Assembly (NCBI RefSeq): GCF_006345805.1
Contig: NC_042997.1
Location: forward strand, 26,350,001 to 26,414,000
From: Octopus sinensis
Taxonomy: Eukaryota
Direction of reading: 5' to 3'
DNA length: 64,000 nt
Below are positions 1 to 13,807 of the stretch, piece by piece. The notes under the pieces are model-generated. The model saw nothing but the letters and a program-made list of their open reading frames with translations. It was not told where the DNA came from and searched no databases. Positions within the stretch are counted from its first letter, which is position 1; each line of letters opens with the position of its first letter. The position numbers and the translations under genes were made by a program.

Positions 1-175
1 GGGCATAATTGTTTTAAACGGACATAAAATTGGCTACTGTCTGTTCTAATTATCAGGTACTTTAAAATATCCCCATTATAGTACCAATAATTGTTTCTTT
101 CAACTGTCTTTAATTATTTTACTTTAATTTGTCTCACGAGGTTATATTTTTGTGAATGCTTTAATTGCCGTTTAC

Positions 176-235
<60 letters not shown>

Positions 236-745
236 ATGTATGTATGTATGTATGTGTGAGTGTATGTGTGAGCGTGTGTGTGCGTGTGCGGGTGTGTGCG
301 GGTGTGTGTGTGTGCGCGCGTATATATATGTACATATATTGTTTCAGCATATATTCTTGTGACATTGTACAAATTAAATAAAATGTATCACACCCACTCT
401 TGCTGAAGGCCTAAAACTTTCGATATCATTACCTTCCGTAATACACTTGAGGTTTCATAGTTACATATCATTTTAAGAATTCTAAATTATTCAGTTTTCC
501 ATGCTAAACGCAACTACATGTAAAAGTTAAACAATAAAATTTGAGGGAAAATCTTTATGGTGTCCATCGGCAAAGTAAGTACAAAATGTTTGTTGTGGGG
601 CCAGAAAATTAACGTTGGGCCTCTCATCAGAAAAAAAAAAGCAGAAAAATATAATGGTGATTCTACATCTCCAGTCTAATACCCCGTGGTTAATCTTCTA
701 CTAGATAACACATTTCTCCACAGATTTTTGTCCCCCTTGAATATC

Positions 746-976
746 TATTTCTTTACTACCCACAAGGGGCTAAACACAGAGGGGACAAACAAGGACAGAC
801 AAACGGATTAAGTCGATTAGATCGATCCCAGTGCGTAACTGTTACTTAATTTATCGACCCCGAAAGGATGAAAGACAAAGTCGACCTCGGCGGAATTTGA
901 ACTCAGAACGTAACGGCAGACGAAATACGGCTACGCATTTCGCCCGGCGTGCTAAGGTTTCTGCCAGCTCACCGCC
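746..976 (-). mobile_element. tRNA-derived SINE, family B
   Basis: Reverse complement reads aaggcggtgagctggcagaaacc...gagttcaaattccgccgagg (B-box-like) ...gtagtaaagaaata. Flanked by identical ttgtcccccttgaatatc at 728-745 and 977-994 (TSD). Other copies at 15064, 18867 and 26689. Confidence 0.9.
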
Positions 977-1266
977 TTGTCCCCCTTGAATATCGTTCCT
1001 CTTTAGCGGACTGCAGTCTGCTTCACATTCACAAAATCCTGGATCGATTCTACCGCACAGCGTCTCAGGCAAGAGTGTTTTATCTTAAGTTCAGTTTGAC
1101 TCATGGCTTTTGAATAAAACTGGGTGGACGGAAACTACGTAGAAGCCTATCGGATAGATTGTACCAGAAATTTGAAGGTTATGCCTTTCCCAGTGAATCT
1201 GCCTGAGAATTATACAAAGTATAATTTTCAGGCAGATTCACGTGTATGTCGAATACTCAATTACTT

Positions 1267-1474
1267 AAGGCAGTGATCTGGCAGAATCGTCAGCACGCCG
1301 GCCGAAATGCTTAGCAGTATTTCTTCTGTCTTTATGCTCTGAGTTCAAGTTCCGCCGAGGTAGACTTTGCCTTCCATCCTTTCGGGGTCGATAAACTAAG
1401 AACCAGTTGTTTACTGAGGTCGATCTAATCGACTGGCCCCCACAAATTTCGGGCCTTGTGCCTAGAATAGAAAA
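1267..1474 (+). mobile_element. tRNA-derived SINE, family B with alternative 3' tail
   Basis: Same head and body as family B but the tail is ggccttgtgcctagaatagaaaa. TSD gaatactcaat(t/c)actt at 1251-1266 and 1475-1490. A similar copy lies at 56060-56279 (-). Confidence 0.85.
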
Positions 1475-1715
1475 GAATACTCAATCACTTTCATGCTATT
1501 TCAATGAATTCAATTGAGTTAATAGCTGAAATTCATTGTCGAAAACAACTGCTATCCATTTACTGTGGTTTCGAATGCGTATCTTACAAACAATAACGAG
1601 CATCACAGGACCGAGCATATGTTGTAGGCAGTACATTAGAAAGAGCAGTTAAATCTCCCTCATTAAGACATCATATTCTCTTAAAAATGATTCATTGGAA
1701 AATTTACTCCTAGAA

Positions 1716-2884
1716 ATGGAGGTGGACCGAAAAGTTCATAGGCTGGCTATGAAGGAGTGATGCCAGAGCTGTGTAATCTTGCATGCATTATTTTCAAATC
1801 TTATGAATAACTGCATTGTTTCTTTCCAAGTAAATTGGCATCTCACTGTTCAAAGCAGACTTCGAAAGTTTACTAGTAACGACTACTCTTAAACATAAAT
1901 AAAATTTGGCAACGTAATGTTATCAAGTACCTGCAGAAAAATGGGTTTAGTGCCCAAGAACATTTATGCAGACATGGTTGCTACATTAGGGGATGACATT
2001 AGGGGATGAATTTAGCTTCATCAACAGCGCAAAAGTGGGCAGCTGAATTTAGTAGGGCCAAAGGACCCAAGATCTGGGTGGCTTGCAATTGCCGCTTTCA
2101 ATGAAAACATTGATTGCGTTCAGCACGCCGTGATGGCTGATAGGCGACTGATTATAAGCCAAATTGCTAATGCTATTAGCATATCCCGTGAGAGGGTTGA
2201 GAATATTCTGCGTAATGACCTTGACATGATGAAAGTTTCTGCTCGGTGGGTGCCGTATCTTCCAATACCTGATCAAATGCGCACTAAGTTGAACACATCA
2301 CGAGGAAATCCGACATTGTTTGAGGAAGATCCAGTTGGTTTCCATGAACGTTTCATAACCCAGCATTCATGCTGGGTCCATCACTTTGAGCCAGAGACAA
2401 AGAGACAATCCATGCAGCGGAAACACCTCTCCTCACTTGCTCCAAAGAAGGCCAATGTTGTTTCATCTGCAGGGAATGTGATGGCGTCATTTTTTGGAGA
2501 ATGAAAAAGGCATTGTGTTCATAGACTATCTTCAAAAGGGCCATACTATCAATGCTGAAGCAGTTATGAAAGCTCATCAGAAGAAACGCTCAGCGAAACT
2601 GACGAAAGAGATCTAGTTTCATCGGGACAATGCTCCAGCATACAAGTCGTTGGTTTCGATGGCTGCTGTGGGGCAGCGCTGATAATGTCGTATCTGTTGT
2701 TGGTGACTTTTTTTTACCAAAACAGGATAACTGCTTCTTCCCCAGTGGGATCCAAGCACTGCAAACACTGATGGAAGAATCGTGTGGACCGCAAGTGGGG
2801 TGGGTACGTTGAGAAGTAAACCACATTTGGTCACGTTCCATGAGAGTATCATGCGCAGCCTATGAACTTTACAGCCAACCCTAG
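1716..2884 (+). mobile_element. Decayed mariner (Tc1/mariner) DNA transposon
   Basis: TIR core aaagttcataggctg (1731-1745) and its reverse complement cagcctatgaacttt (2856-2870), with TA after the right end. Transposase fragments ...KVSARWVP...WVHHFEPETKRQSMQ...KKANVVSSAGNVMASFF (2130-2504), with frameshifts. Confidence 0.9.
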
Positions 2885-3476
2885 TACACTACGTTGTGAA
2901 TCCCATCCCACCCACCCACCCCTCAAAAAGAAGAAAAAAAACCCCGAATAATCATCGCTATCTCCCGGTTATTCTATAATCATTCTGCTTTGTGTATGGC
3001 GAATTGGCAGAGTTGCCAGAGCATTAGATGAGATGCCTTGCGGTATATATTCGGTCCCTTGCGTTCTGAGTTCAAGATCAACCGATTTCAACTTTGCCAT
3101 TCACGCTCTCCGAGTCAATAATAAAGAACCAGTCTAGGAATGTGACTGGTCGAATCCTTAGCTAGTAGAGCAGGATTCCTTATGGCATTTGTTTCGACAC
3201 CTTGAGTTCAAATCCCGGCGTGGCGAACTTGTGTGGTGGACTTAATCCGTCAGCTGGTTTGACATTATCACTTGTGCTGTGGGTGTCTTTAGCAGAGGAG
3301 ATCCTGCTTTTACAAACATTTGAGCCAGGTACTTGCCTTGAAGATGTTTACTTTCTCCATTCAATCTGCGAGGCATTGAAAAGAGTTGGGGACTTCGACT
3401 TTTTTTTTTTGCCAGTGTAAGAGTAAAAATAAAATTCTATTTTCAGAAGTGATATACGGCTAAGTTTAGCAACAGT

Positions 3477-3665
3477 GCCACCACCACCACCACCAACACC
3501 ACCGCCATCGGCACCACTATCGCCACCACCACCACCACCATCGGCACCTCTATCACCATCACTTCACTACACCATCACCACCATCAACACTATCAGCAGC
3601 AGCCACATTACCACCACCACCAACACTATCACTGCTACCATCACAGTTACAATCACTACCCCTAA
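3477..3665. repeat. Degenerate (ACC)n low-complexity tract
   Basis: cca/acc triplet runs; source of the poly-Pro/Thr pseudo-ORF. Confidence 0.8.
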
Positions 3666-4227
3666 CACCCTCGCCACAAGATGGCCGTAAGATCGAACAA
3701 AACTAAGTACACTATCCGGTTTTAATTCTGATGTAGTTACTTCATTTCTCTTTAGAAATGGTTTGAATATAACAATTTCCTGATTACCTTTCCATGTAAA
3801 TCGGTGGCATTATGCCTAGTGAAACACAATATTTATTAAAATCTATGTAACTATAAAGACAGAGCAAAGGAAATATTTAATTCTATGTAAGAAAATATAT
3901 TTAACCATGTCAAAAAATAATTTTGAAGTTATATCTCCTACAGAGAACATAAGTTTCCGACAACCGAAAAAGTTATGATTTCGTACACATATTGCCAAAA
4001 ATATATACCATCAGACCATTAAATCCGGATAACATTATTATACATACGCGCGCACACAAATATACTAGCTTATATACTAGCCTAACTATAACCATATATA
4101 CACTCATATAGAAAGAAAGGTTGATACACAGATACATCCCTGCAAGCGCGTATTTACACACGTAAGACGCTAACATATATCTACACAATTTAATCTATTA
4201 ATAAACACCATGAATTGACCTTAATGT

Positions 4228-4265
<38 letters not shown>

Positions 4266-4619
4266 ACAAGCACACAAACACACTTATTTACATATCTATG
4301 TTGTATATATAGATAAGTACATACATATATCAATATGTGTATGTATGTATGCAAGTGTGTGCTTTTATTATGTATATATATGTATATATATATATATATA
4401 CATGTATTCACATATATACACTGATTTCGTAAGAACATCCTACGGACTACCGTTGCAGTATTGACGGGTAATTTATTTGTAATTGAGGAATTCCCTTGAA
4501 ATGCAACAGTACTAGTCTTGTAAGAGAGAACTATGGAATAAATTGAAATAACCTATATTTTGCGTAGTATGTGCATTACTTATATTGGAATTCCCATATT
4601 TTCTAATCCAACAACCAAG

Positions 4620-5575
4620 TTATGTATGTATGTATGTATGTATACATGTATGCATGTATGTATGCATGCATGTATGCATGTATGTATGTATGTATGTATG
4701 TATGTATGTATGTATGTATGTATGTATGTATGTATGTATGTATGTATGCATGTATGCATGTATGTATGTACGTATGTATGTATGTATGTATGTATGTATG
4801 TATGTACGTATGTATGTATGTATGTATGTATGTATGCATGTATGCATGTATGTATGTACGTATGTATGTATGTATGTATGTATGTATGTATGTATGTATG
4901 TATGTATGTACGTATGTATGTATGTATGTATGTATGTATGTATGTATGCATGTATGCATGTATGTATGTACGTATGTATGTATGTATGTATGTATGTATG
5001 TATGTATGTATGTATGTATGTATGTATGTACGTATGTATGTATGTATGTATGTACGATGTATGTATGTATGTATGTATGTATGTATGTATGTATGTATGT
5101 ATGTATGTATGTATGTATGTATGAATGTATGTATGTATGTATGTATGTATGTATGTATGTATGTATGCATGTATGCATGTATGTATGTACGTATGTATGT
5201 ATGTATGTATGTATGTATGTATGTATGTATGTATGTATGTATGTACGTACGTACGTATGTATGTATGTATGTATGTATGTATGTATGCATGTATGCATGT
5301 ATGTATGTACGTATGTATGTATGTATGTATTTATGTATGTATGTATGTATGTATGTATGTATGTATGTACGTATGTATGTATGTATGTACGTATGTATGT
5401 ATGTATGTATGTATGTATGTATGTATGTATGTATGTATGCATGTATGTATGTATTCATGTATGTATGTATGTATGTATGCATGCATGTATGCATGTATGT
5501 ATGCATGCATGTATGCATGTATGTATGTATGTATGCATGTATGTATGTATGTATGCATGTATGTATGTATGTTTA
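4620..5575. repeat. ~950-bp (ATGT)n microsatellite with recurring variant blocks
   Basis: tatg units interrupted by recurring gcatgtatgcatg...tacg blocks. Confidence 0.95.
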
Positions 5576-5673
5576 TGTATGTGTATATGTGCGTGTGTTT
5601 GTGTCTGACAGAGAGAGAGAGAGAGAGAGATGAAGATAAAAACGTGCGTTGTTTGGAAGTTTAATTCGCAACC

Positions 5674-6122
5674 ATAGGCGTAAGAGGGACTGCGTGGTAA
5701 GTAGCTTGTTTACCAACCACATGGTTCCGGGTTCAGTTACACTGCGTGGCACCTTGGGCAAGTGTCTTCTACTGTAGCCTCGGGACGACCAAAGCCTTCT
5801 GAGTGGATTTAGTAGACGGAAACTGAAAGAAGCCCGTCGTATATATTTATATTTAAATATATATATTTATGTGTGTGTGTGGGTGTATGTGTATGTATGT
5901 ATATGTTTGTGCGTCTATGTTTGTCCCCCCGCCAACATCACTTGACAACCGATGTTGGTGTGTTCACACCCCCGTAACTTAGCGGTTCGGCAAGAGAGAC
6001 CGATAGAATAAGTACTAGGCTTACAAAGAATAAGTCCTGGGGTCGATTTGCTCGACTAAATGCGGTGCTCCAGCACGGCCGCAGTCAAAGGACTGAAACA
6101 AATAGAAGAATAAAAGAATAAA
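5674..6122 (+). mobile_element. SINE family A (tRNA head + core + internal (TA)n(TG)n + 3' domain)
   Basis: ggcg...gtggtaagtagcttg...ggttcagt...gcaccttgggcaagtgtctt...aaactgaaagaagcccgtcg, then a microsatellite, then ...gcagtcaaa.gactgaaacaa. About 20 full or partial copies in the window. Confidence 0.9.
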
Positions 6123-6315
6123 AACTATGTTTGTTTTTGAGGTCGGTATCAGTATGTGGAACATCGGCAAAGTTTGTTTTGATATTTGGCTTTGGGTGAA
6201 TGAAATCAGATATTAGAAAGCCGGCATTCAGCATATAGGAGAACTAGTTGAACTTCCCTCCAATGATTTTACCTCATAACTGCAAAATCAAAGCAATAAC
6301 TGATGATCTTGTGAA

Positions 6316-6640
6316 GACGCATGTCTCAGTGGTTAGAGCGTCGAGCTTACGATTGTGAGCTCGAATCCTGGACCGGGCTGCATGTTGTGTTCTTGAGCAA
6401 GACACTTTATTCGACGTTGCTCCAGTTCACTCAGCTGTAGAAATGAGTTGCCACGTCACAGGTGCCAAGCTGTATCGGCTTTTGCCTTCCCCTTGGATAA
6501 CACTGGTGGCGTGGAGAGGGGAGGCCGGTATGCGTGGGCGACTGCTGGTCTTCCATACACAACCTTTCCCGGACTTGTGCCTGGGAGGGTAACTTTCTAG
6601 GTGCAATGCCATGGTTAGTCATGACCGAAGGTTGGGGGGC
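6316..6640 (+). mobile_element. SINE family D (CORE-like central domain)
   Basis: tRNA-like head, then gtgttcttgagcaagacac...ccagttcactcagctg.agaaatgagt, which resembles the CORE/MIR-type domain. A second copy with a different tail lies at 21888-22128. Confidence 0.75.
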
Positions 6641-6957
6641 TCAGAAGTCAGTTTATGATCTAGAACATATGTCTCTCTACAATCTGAATGTGAAAGTAAA
6701 AATTCTGTTTAACAACCGTGGCACTATTCAATTTATGAAAAGAACATTCGGAGGGGAAAAAGAATTAAAAACAAACGTTTTCGATAATCTTGAAAAAAAG
6801 ACTGTGAAAAGCAAAATTTATATTCCAAGAAAGAGGGAGAGTGAAAACTGTTTCCTACATTATGAAGAGGAGTTTGAAGGGATACATCTTGAGGTGTTCA
6901 TTTATATATATAATAATAATATTTGCCTAATAGTGGTTTTATCTCTAACTTAATATA

Positions 6958-6990
<33 letters not shown>

Positions 6991-7009
6991 CATACATACA
7001 TACATATAT

Positions 7010-7750
7010 GTATAAAACGAAGCAGAAACTTATGCAGACGTTATACGAAACTCAGGAATAAATTTAACACGCTAAAGTGTAATAATCTCAAAATGCTAAG
7101 TTCAGAAGTTATAACACAAGCAACCAATTTTTGTAATGAATTAAATCTCTCAGAATATACTAGGAACAGTTACGTGGCAGAAGTCCCTGAAGATTTAGAA
7201 AAAAAAAAAAAAAAGTAGAATAAACAGCCGTACCAGAAACTATTGAGAATTTAGAAAATACCTATGCTTGGGACACATCTGGAGACAAATTCGATAGATT
7301 AATTCAAAACAGAAGAACAATTTAAGCAAAATATGACCGAAGAAGAAGTTATTACAGCAATCGATTTTAAATCGAATTCACTGGTAATAATACACAAGAT
7401 TGCGACTGGACAAAAGAAACGAAAGGTTATTAATTTATCAAAGAAATATTAACTGATATTCAAATTAACATATTAAGCAAGGAGCTGAGGTTTATACTTA
7501 GACCCTAAAAATTTAACTTGCCACAAACAAAAAGATAACTTCATAGGCGCAGGTGTGGCATAGGCGCAGGAGTGGCATAGGCGCAGGAGTGGCTGTGTGG
7601 TAAGTAGCTTGCTAACCAACCACATGGTTCCGGGTTCAGTCCCACTGCGTGGCATCTTGGGCAAGTGTCTTCTGCTATAGCCCCGGGCCGACCAATGCCT
7701 TGTGAGTGGATTTGGTAGACGGAAACTGAAAGAAGCCTGTCGTATATATG

Positions 7751-7781
<31 letters not shown>

Positions 7782-9440
7782 CTGTGTTTGTCCCCCTAGC
7801 ATTGCTTGACAACCGATGCTGGTGTGTTTACGTCCCCGTTACTTAGCGGTTCGGCAAAAAGTGACCGATAGAATAAGTACTGGGCTTACAAAGAATAAGT
7901 CCCGGGGTCGATTTGCTCGACTAAAGGCGGTGCTCCAGCATGGCCGCAGTCAAATGACTGAAACAAGTAAAAGAGTAAAAGAGTAAGGAGAGTTTACTGC
8001 TCAAAGTTCTAACCATCTAGAAATGAAGACTTATTTTGTACCTAATGGAAAGAAGGAATAAATAACTTGGCATTTATTGTGAATATATTATGAATTTGTG
8101 TATTAAAATAATTGAAAATTAGACCATAATATCGAATTTATCAAAAGAAGAATAGAAAATTTAAACGATTTAAAAAAGACATTGGGATTACAATTAAAGG
8201 ATACAATAAAGGTAATACTGTTGTTTTCAATGATACGTTATTATAGAATATAAAGAAATTGCATTTAAAATGTCAGAAAATAATAATTTATATGAAAACG
8301 AAAACAACCACAAAAAATTACGACAAATACTAGGAACTGCAATGAACATTGCTGCAACTCCTATTTACGCCAATTTAGTGATGTGTACTATGAGAATAAA
8401 ATTTGTGATAAATCTTTATTAATATTTGGAAACACGTTTCACAAATTTTACACATTGGCATCAACTGAAAACGATATCTAGATGACTGTTTTATTTAAAC
8501 GCAGAATAATCCTGAATAGCACATAAATCATAGCATTATATTCTCGGTGGATTTCAACGGGAAGGGGCTACTCTTTTTACAAATTTTAATTACGAAAGTA
8601 GGTGAGAAGATAAAAATATTTTTCTAGTGTAAGCCCACAGATTAAAAGCAATATCTTTTCTTCACATTTCGTAATCCTAAGCATACAAGAAGGGACAATC
8701 TATTCAACCTAGCAAAAAGAATTTAGACATTGGTATCGAAACCCACAAAAATGAAAAATATTTCCACTACGAGATATTCTACTAAGTTTAACTATAAATG
8801 GAATAAAACGAGCAAAACGTGTTGATATTCACGATCTAAGAAGAATAAAATGAAAAGCGGAGACAAAATTTGCCAGAAAGGTATCTTATGTGTCTATTTG
8901 ACTATATCTTTAGTGACCTATTTTTTGCGGAAATCGGAAAGAAAGCGCTTTCAAAAAATAGACAAAACACCAAATGCAAAAGTCAACCTTTGGCATAAAA
9001 ATATACACATACAACACAAAGTTAATAAACATGATTGTAAAATGTGAAAAACTAAATTAAACTACATATATCTATTTGATTGAACTATGTTCAAATTTAA
9101 GGAGGATTAAATATTTAAAGTAAAAAAAAGTTTTACTTGCACCTCTCAAAATTTAATCTATACAATAACTTGTTTCTGGAAAATTACATCTGACAAACCG
9201 AATTGTCACTGAGTAAATGACTGACAGGACACAGAGCAAATCAGTTCTGAAGACATCAGAAAAATTTTAGGAACCTAGCTAAATTTTTAAATATTTCTAA
9301 TTTATAATATTCAAAGTCAATTACAGAGCAACAGTGAATCGGCAAGATTAAGCAATCTATTAAGAAATATGAACCGTGCTTAAAGTTTGATTATTAATAT
9401 CTGTGAATAACGTGTTTCCTTATAAAGACGAGTGCGGTAA
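7010..9440 (+). mobile_element. Highly decayed Penelope-like element (RT + GIY-YIG), interrupted by a SINE A
   Basis: GTAMNIAATPIYANLVM (~8333-8385), *KRYLDDCFI (8466-8495), KPTD*KQYL-like (~8630-8665), FTCTSQNLIYTITC (~9130-9175). Many stops and frameshifts. Confidence 0.75.
7542..7990 (+). mobile_element. SINE family A with triplicated 5' 17-mer
   Basis: cataggcgcagg(t/a)gtgg x3 at 7542-7592, then the normal body. Confidence 0.9.
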
Positions 9441-9551
9441 ACTGTAACTTCTTTTAAAAGGTGCTTCAAATAAAAACCCCTGCTTCCCCTTGAGTAGCTC
9501 AAGGATTGCGATGAACTAAATATGAAAATATTTGCTTGTTATTTGATATTA

Positions 9552-9634
<83 letters not shown>

Positions 9635-10707
9635 GTATGTATGTACGTATGTATGTATGTATGTATGTATATTAGGAATATAACTTTTTTAGCAAAGTTG
9701 TGCAATTTTATCTTCCTTACGATATATAAATATAAACAGTAAATAGACATCCTTGTTACTTACTTGCTTTTTATTCACCTAACTTCGCACTGTGTGGACC
9801 AAACCGGACTGACTTGGTACCTCAACTTAAGAACCTAAATTCAACTGAATCTTAATTATTTATAAATATGAACATATTTCTGTGAACATATATTTGTGTT
9901 CGTATGCTTGTGCTTGTGTGTGTCTGTATGTGTATGCATGAAGAGTCAGTCTAAATAGAGAATAAATCGGCTATAGTTTTCCTTCCGCTTTGCCAGGATG
10001 TTTCAAATTTTCGAACTACGTACGTACATAATACATACATACATACATACATATATGCATACATACATACATACATACATACATACATACATACATACAC
10101 ACATACATGTATACATATACGCACATATATATGTGTATATATATATATATACACGCACACACACACACACACACATACACACACATATATATATATATAT
10201 ACATTGATATCGTTGAACACAAACAGAATTTTTAAAAGATATGGATATAGATAATTCTTTCGCATCGAGTACAAAATAGTCCAACGTAAGTATAAACTTT
10301 TAAACTGAAAATTTAAAGATATCACTTTTTAAAAATGATATCATTATCTAAAGTGTTTGGAAGAAATAGAAAGAATTGAAATTTTAAAATCATCTAAGAT
10401 AACCTGAAGAACGGTAAGAAAATAAAATACAGATAACATAGGATGAAAAATGTTAAAGAAAATAACATAATCTCTATTTAGAGATATCTTCATTACGAGG
10501 TGGTTGTTATTTAATCTGTTTAATTTATGTTGATAATTACTAGTATTTTTAATGATAGAATTAGATTATATAATGATAGTTGTAAAATACAAAGTTAATG
10601 GATAGAGATGATGAGATAAAGCCTGTTAAAGTGAATTAAACTCTGATAAAAATTGAAGTGATTATAAATTACCATATATTAATAGATTGTCTATTGCGAG
10701 GAGATGC

Positions 10708-10711
<4 letters not shown>

Positions 10712-10777
<66 letters not shown>

Positions 10778-11125
10778 GAGGGAGAGAGATAAAGAGGAAG
10801 TGAGAGAGAGATAAAGAGGAAGTGAGAGAGAGAGATAAAGAGGAAGTGAGAGAGAGATAAAGAGGAAGTGAGAGAGAGAGATAAAGAGGAAGTGAGAGAG
10901 AGAGAGAGAAAGAGATAAAGAGGAAGTGAGAGAGAGAGAGAGAGAGCGATAAAGAGGAAGTGAAAGAGAGAGAAAGTGGGAGAAAGAGAGAAAAGAGGGA
11001 GAGATAGGTAGATAAATGTAAATGGAAGAAGTAGACGAAGAAGAAGAAGAAGAAGAAGAAGAAGAAGAAGAAGAAGAAGAAGAAGAAGAAGAAGAAGAAG
11101 AAGAAGAAGAGGAAGAGGAATAATA

Positions 11126-11205
<80 letters not shown>

Positions 11206-11212
11206 AAGAAGA
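10712..11212. repeat. Compound purine-rich tract: (GATA)n-(GA)n-minisatellite-(GAA)n-(TAA)n-(GAA)n
   Basis: Seven copies of ataaagaggaagtg separated by (GA)n (10789-10962), then triplet runs. Confidence 0.9.
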
Positions 11213-12863
11213 ATCATATTTCGTTATGAGTTATAAAACTGTGTTGTCTGAAGCAATGAGTTAGAAAAACACAACAATAATTTTATGAACAACTTAAACA
11301 AGGGAAAATTATTATCTTCTACAAATGCTTCGAATATAGCGATTAAAAAATATTTTAGTGCTTTCACTGGTCGGGAGAGAACAGGAAAAGTTTTACTCTC
11401 TAAAAGATTTAAGATAACATTCCCACAGTCTCCATTTTTATTTTCTCTACCTTTCTCATTTTCAACTACCTAAATGGATTATCTAAATGTTTAATTACAA
11501 GTCTCTCACGCTCTTCACTTCTCCAAATTCTCTCCTTCCCACCTAGCTCCTCAACTCTTTAGATGGTAAATCTCTCTACATATCGTCATCCCATATGATG
11601 ATAATCTTCTCGCATTCACACACGTCATTTCTTAGTCTATGTATGTGATTGTTTAAAGCTGATCTAGAATTAAACAAAACACGCACGCATGCGTGCACGC
11701 ATTCACACAGACACAGGCACAGACACACATAAGTGGGATTATTCTTTTAAATCAAATTTCAGAAATAACATCAGTCTATTTATTGATGGGGGGGGGGGAC
11801 CCAATGCTGAGAGTAGAATCAAATTTACTATAAAATTTCTTTTGATTGCGACTTCAACTTTCGCATTGAAACTAACTATATCAACCTTAAATATTCTACT
11901 TGTTCCATATTCAGACCAGCCATACGTACTCTACATTGTCATTCTAAATATAAACAGTCACATTGAAATCTCGAAGCTACAAGATATTGCATGATTAATT
12001 CAAAAAATGTGAATAAATATTACATTTGAGAGAGCGATGTGAACGCTTGTGTTAACAAGTGAAGAAAAATTTACTTTTTGCTTTTATATACGTTATCAGC
12101 AGAAAAGACTTATTAAACGAAGATAAAAATTAGGTAGTAATGTACATTTGATGTTAAATGTACAACAGAAGCGATTTTAATTTTTATTGGCGGCAGAAAT
12201 CTGATCAGAAGGCCAAAGGTCAAATAACAAATTTTAATGTAGATGCGAGAAGCCAAACAGGTGAACAAACATTACAAGGTGAAGAAAGAAGAGAAAACAT
12301 AGATCAAATATATACAAAACCAAAAAACAAAATAAATAAAAATCAGCATGAATGAATAAAAAAAATATATATGTATATAAAAAGTTAAATGAACAGAGAT
12401 CAGTAATCAGTCAAGTGTGAAGATGAACTGAGAAGATGTTCAAACTATTAGTTTATATAACTAATTAAGCTGAAAGCTGAAAACGTTTTATTTTTCAAAA
12501 TACGCTGGAGTCTAAGCAGAGATGTATGTTTGAGATATATAAACGTACTTGTTTTAGTATTTGAATGTTTATATGTGTCGGTGTATAAGCTTGTATGACT
12601 TACAAATATATGTTGTATTAAAAGTCTTATAAAAATATTTTTAGTTTATAATCATTTAACATAAGAAAACAGCAAAACTCCAACATAAGACCAGAAATAG
12701 TAAAGGAAACATAATCTGGTATGTAATCCACCTTATATCCTAGAACTAAAAACTTCTTTCGGAAAACTTTTTCGTATCTTTTCCAAAAACATTTTCAACC
12801 TTACCACAAATATCATAAAAACAACATTAAAAAATCAATCTATGTATTTATACTTAACATATA

Positions 12864-13241
12864 GTGGAGGCGCAATGGCCCAGTGGTTAGGGCAGTGGAC
12901 TCGCGGTCGTAGGATCGCGGTTTCGATTCCCAGACCGGGCGTTGTGAGTGTTTATTGAGCGAAAACACCTATAGCTTCACGAGGCTCCGGCAGGGGGTGG
13001 TGGTGAACCTTGCTGTACTCTTTCACCACAACTTTCTCTCACTCCTTCTTCCTGTTTCTGTTGTACCTGTATTTCAAAGGGCCAGCCTTGTCATACTCTG
13101 TGTCACGCTGAATCTCCTCGAGAACTACGTTAAGGGTACACGTGTCTGTGGAGTGCTCAGCCACTTGCACGTTAATTCCACGAGCAAGCTGTTCCGTTGA
13201 TCGTATCAGCTGGGACCCTCATCGTCGTAACCGACTACTAC
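12864..13241 (+). mobile_element. Full-length SINE family C, tail type 1
   Basis: gtggaggcgcaatggcccagtggttaggg...tttcgattcc tRNA head. TSD tacttaacatata at 12851-12863 and 13242-13254. Confidence 0.9.
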
Positions 13242-13544
13242 TACTTAACATATATATACTGTTGACAGGTAAAATCCTGTGGGTTTTTTTTCCGAGATAT
13301 AAATTTTCTTGTAGACGAACAATGTTAAAAACATGATATATATCGGAGGGAGACGAAATGTATCGGCAGCTGCTGGCAAGAACGCCCGATGCATTTCAGC
13401 CTTTCGGACCTTGTCAATGAAGTGTACCATCAACCATATGCCTTGTCGAAATTTGTCGCTTTCGTTATTTACAGGAGAAAGTATTCCGACATATAAACAG
13501 TGAATAAAACTTTCACTAATATCATTTAACGCAATAAAAAAATA

Positions 13545-13722
13545 GACGTAGGAGTGGCTGTGTGGTAAGTAGCTTGCTTACCAACCACATGGTTCCGTGT
13601 TCAGTCCCACTGCGTGGCACCTTGGGCAAGTGTCTTCTACTATAACCTCGTGCCGACCAAAACCTTGTGAGTGGATTTGGTAGACAGAAACTGAAAGAAG
13701 CCCGTCATATATATGTATATAT

Positions 13723-13807
<85 letters not shown>

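Noticed and set aside
13375-13425. Minus-strand hammerhead-like UUGACAA-GGUC/GGCU-GAAA-UGCAUC
   Set aside because: Two core substitutions and no stem I; too degenerate to call.
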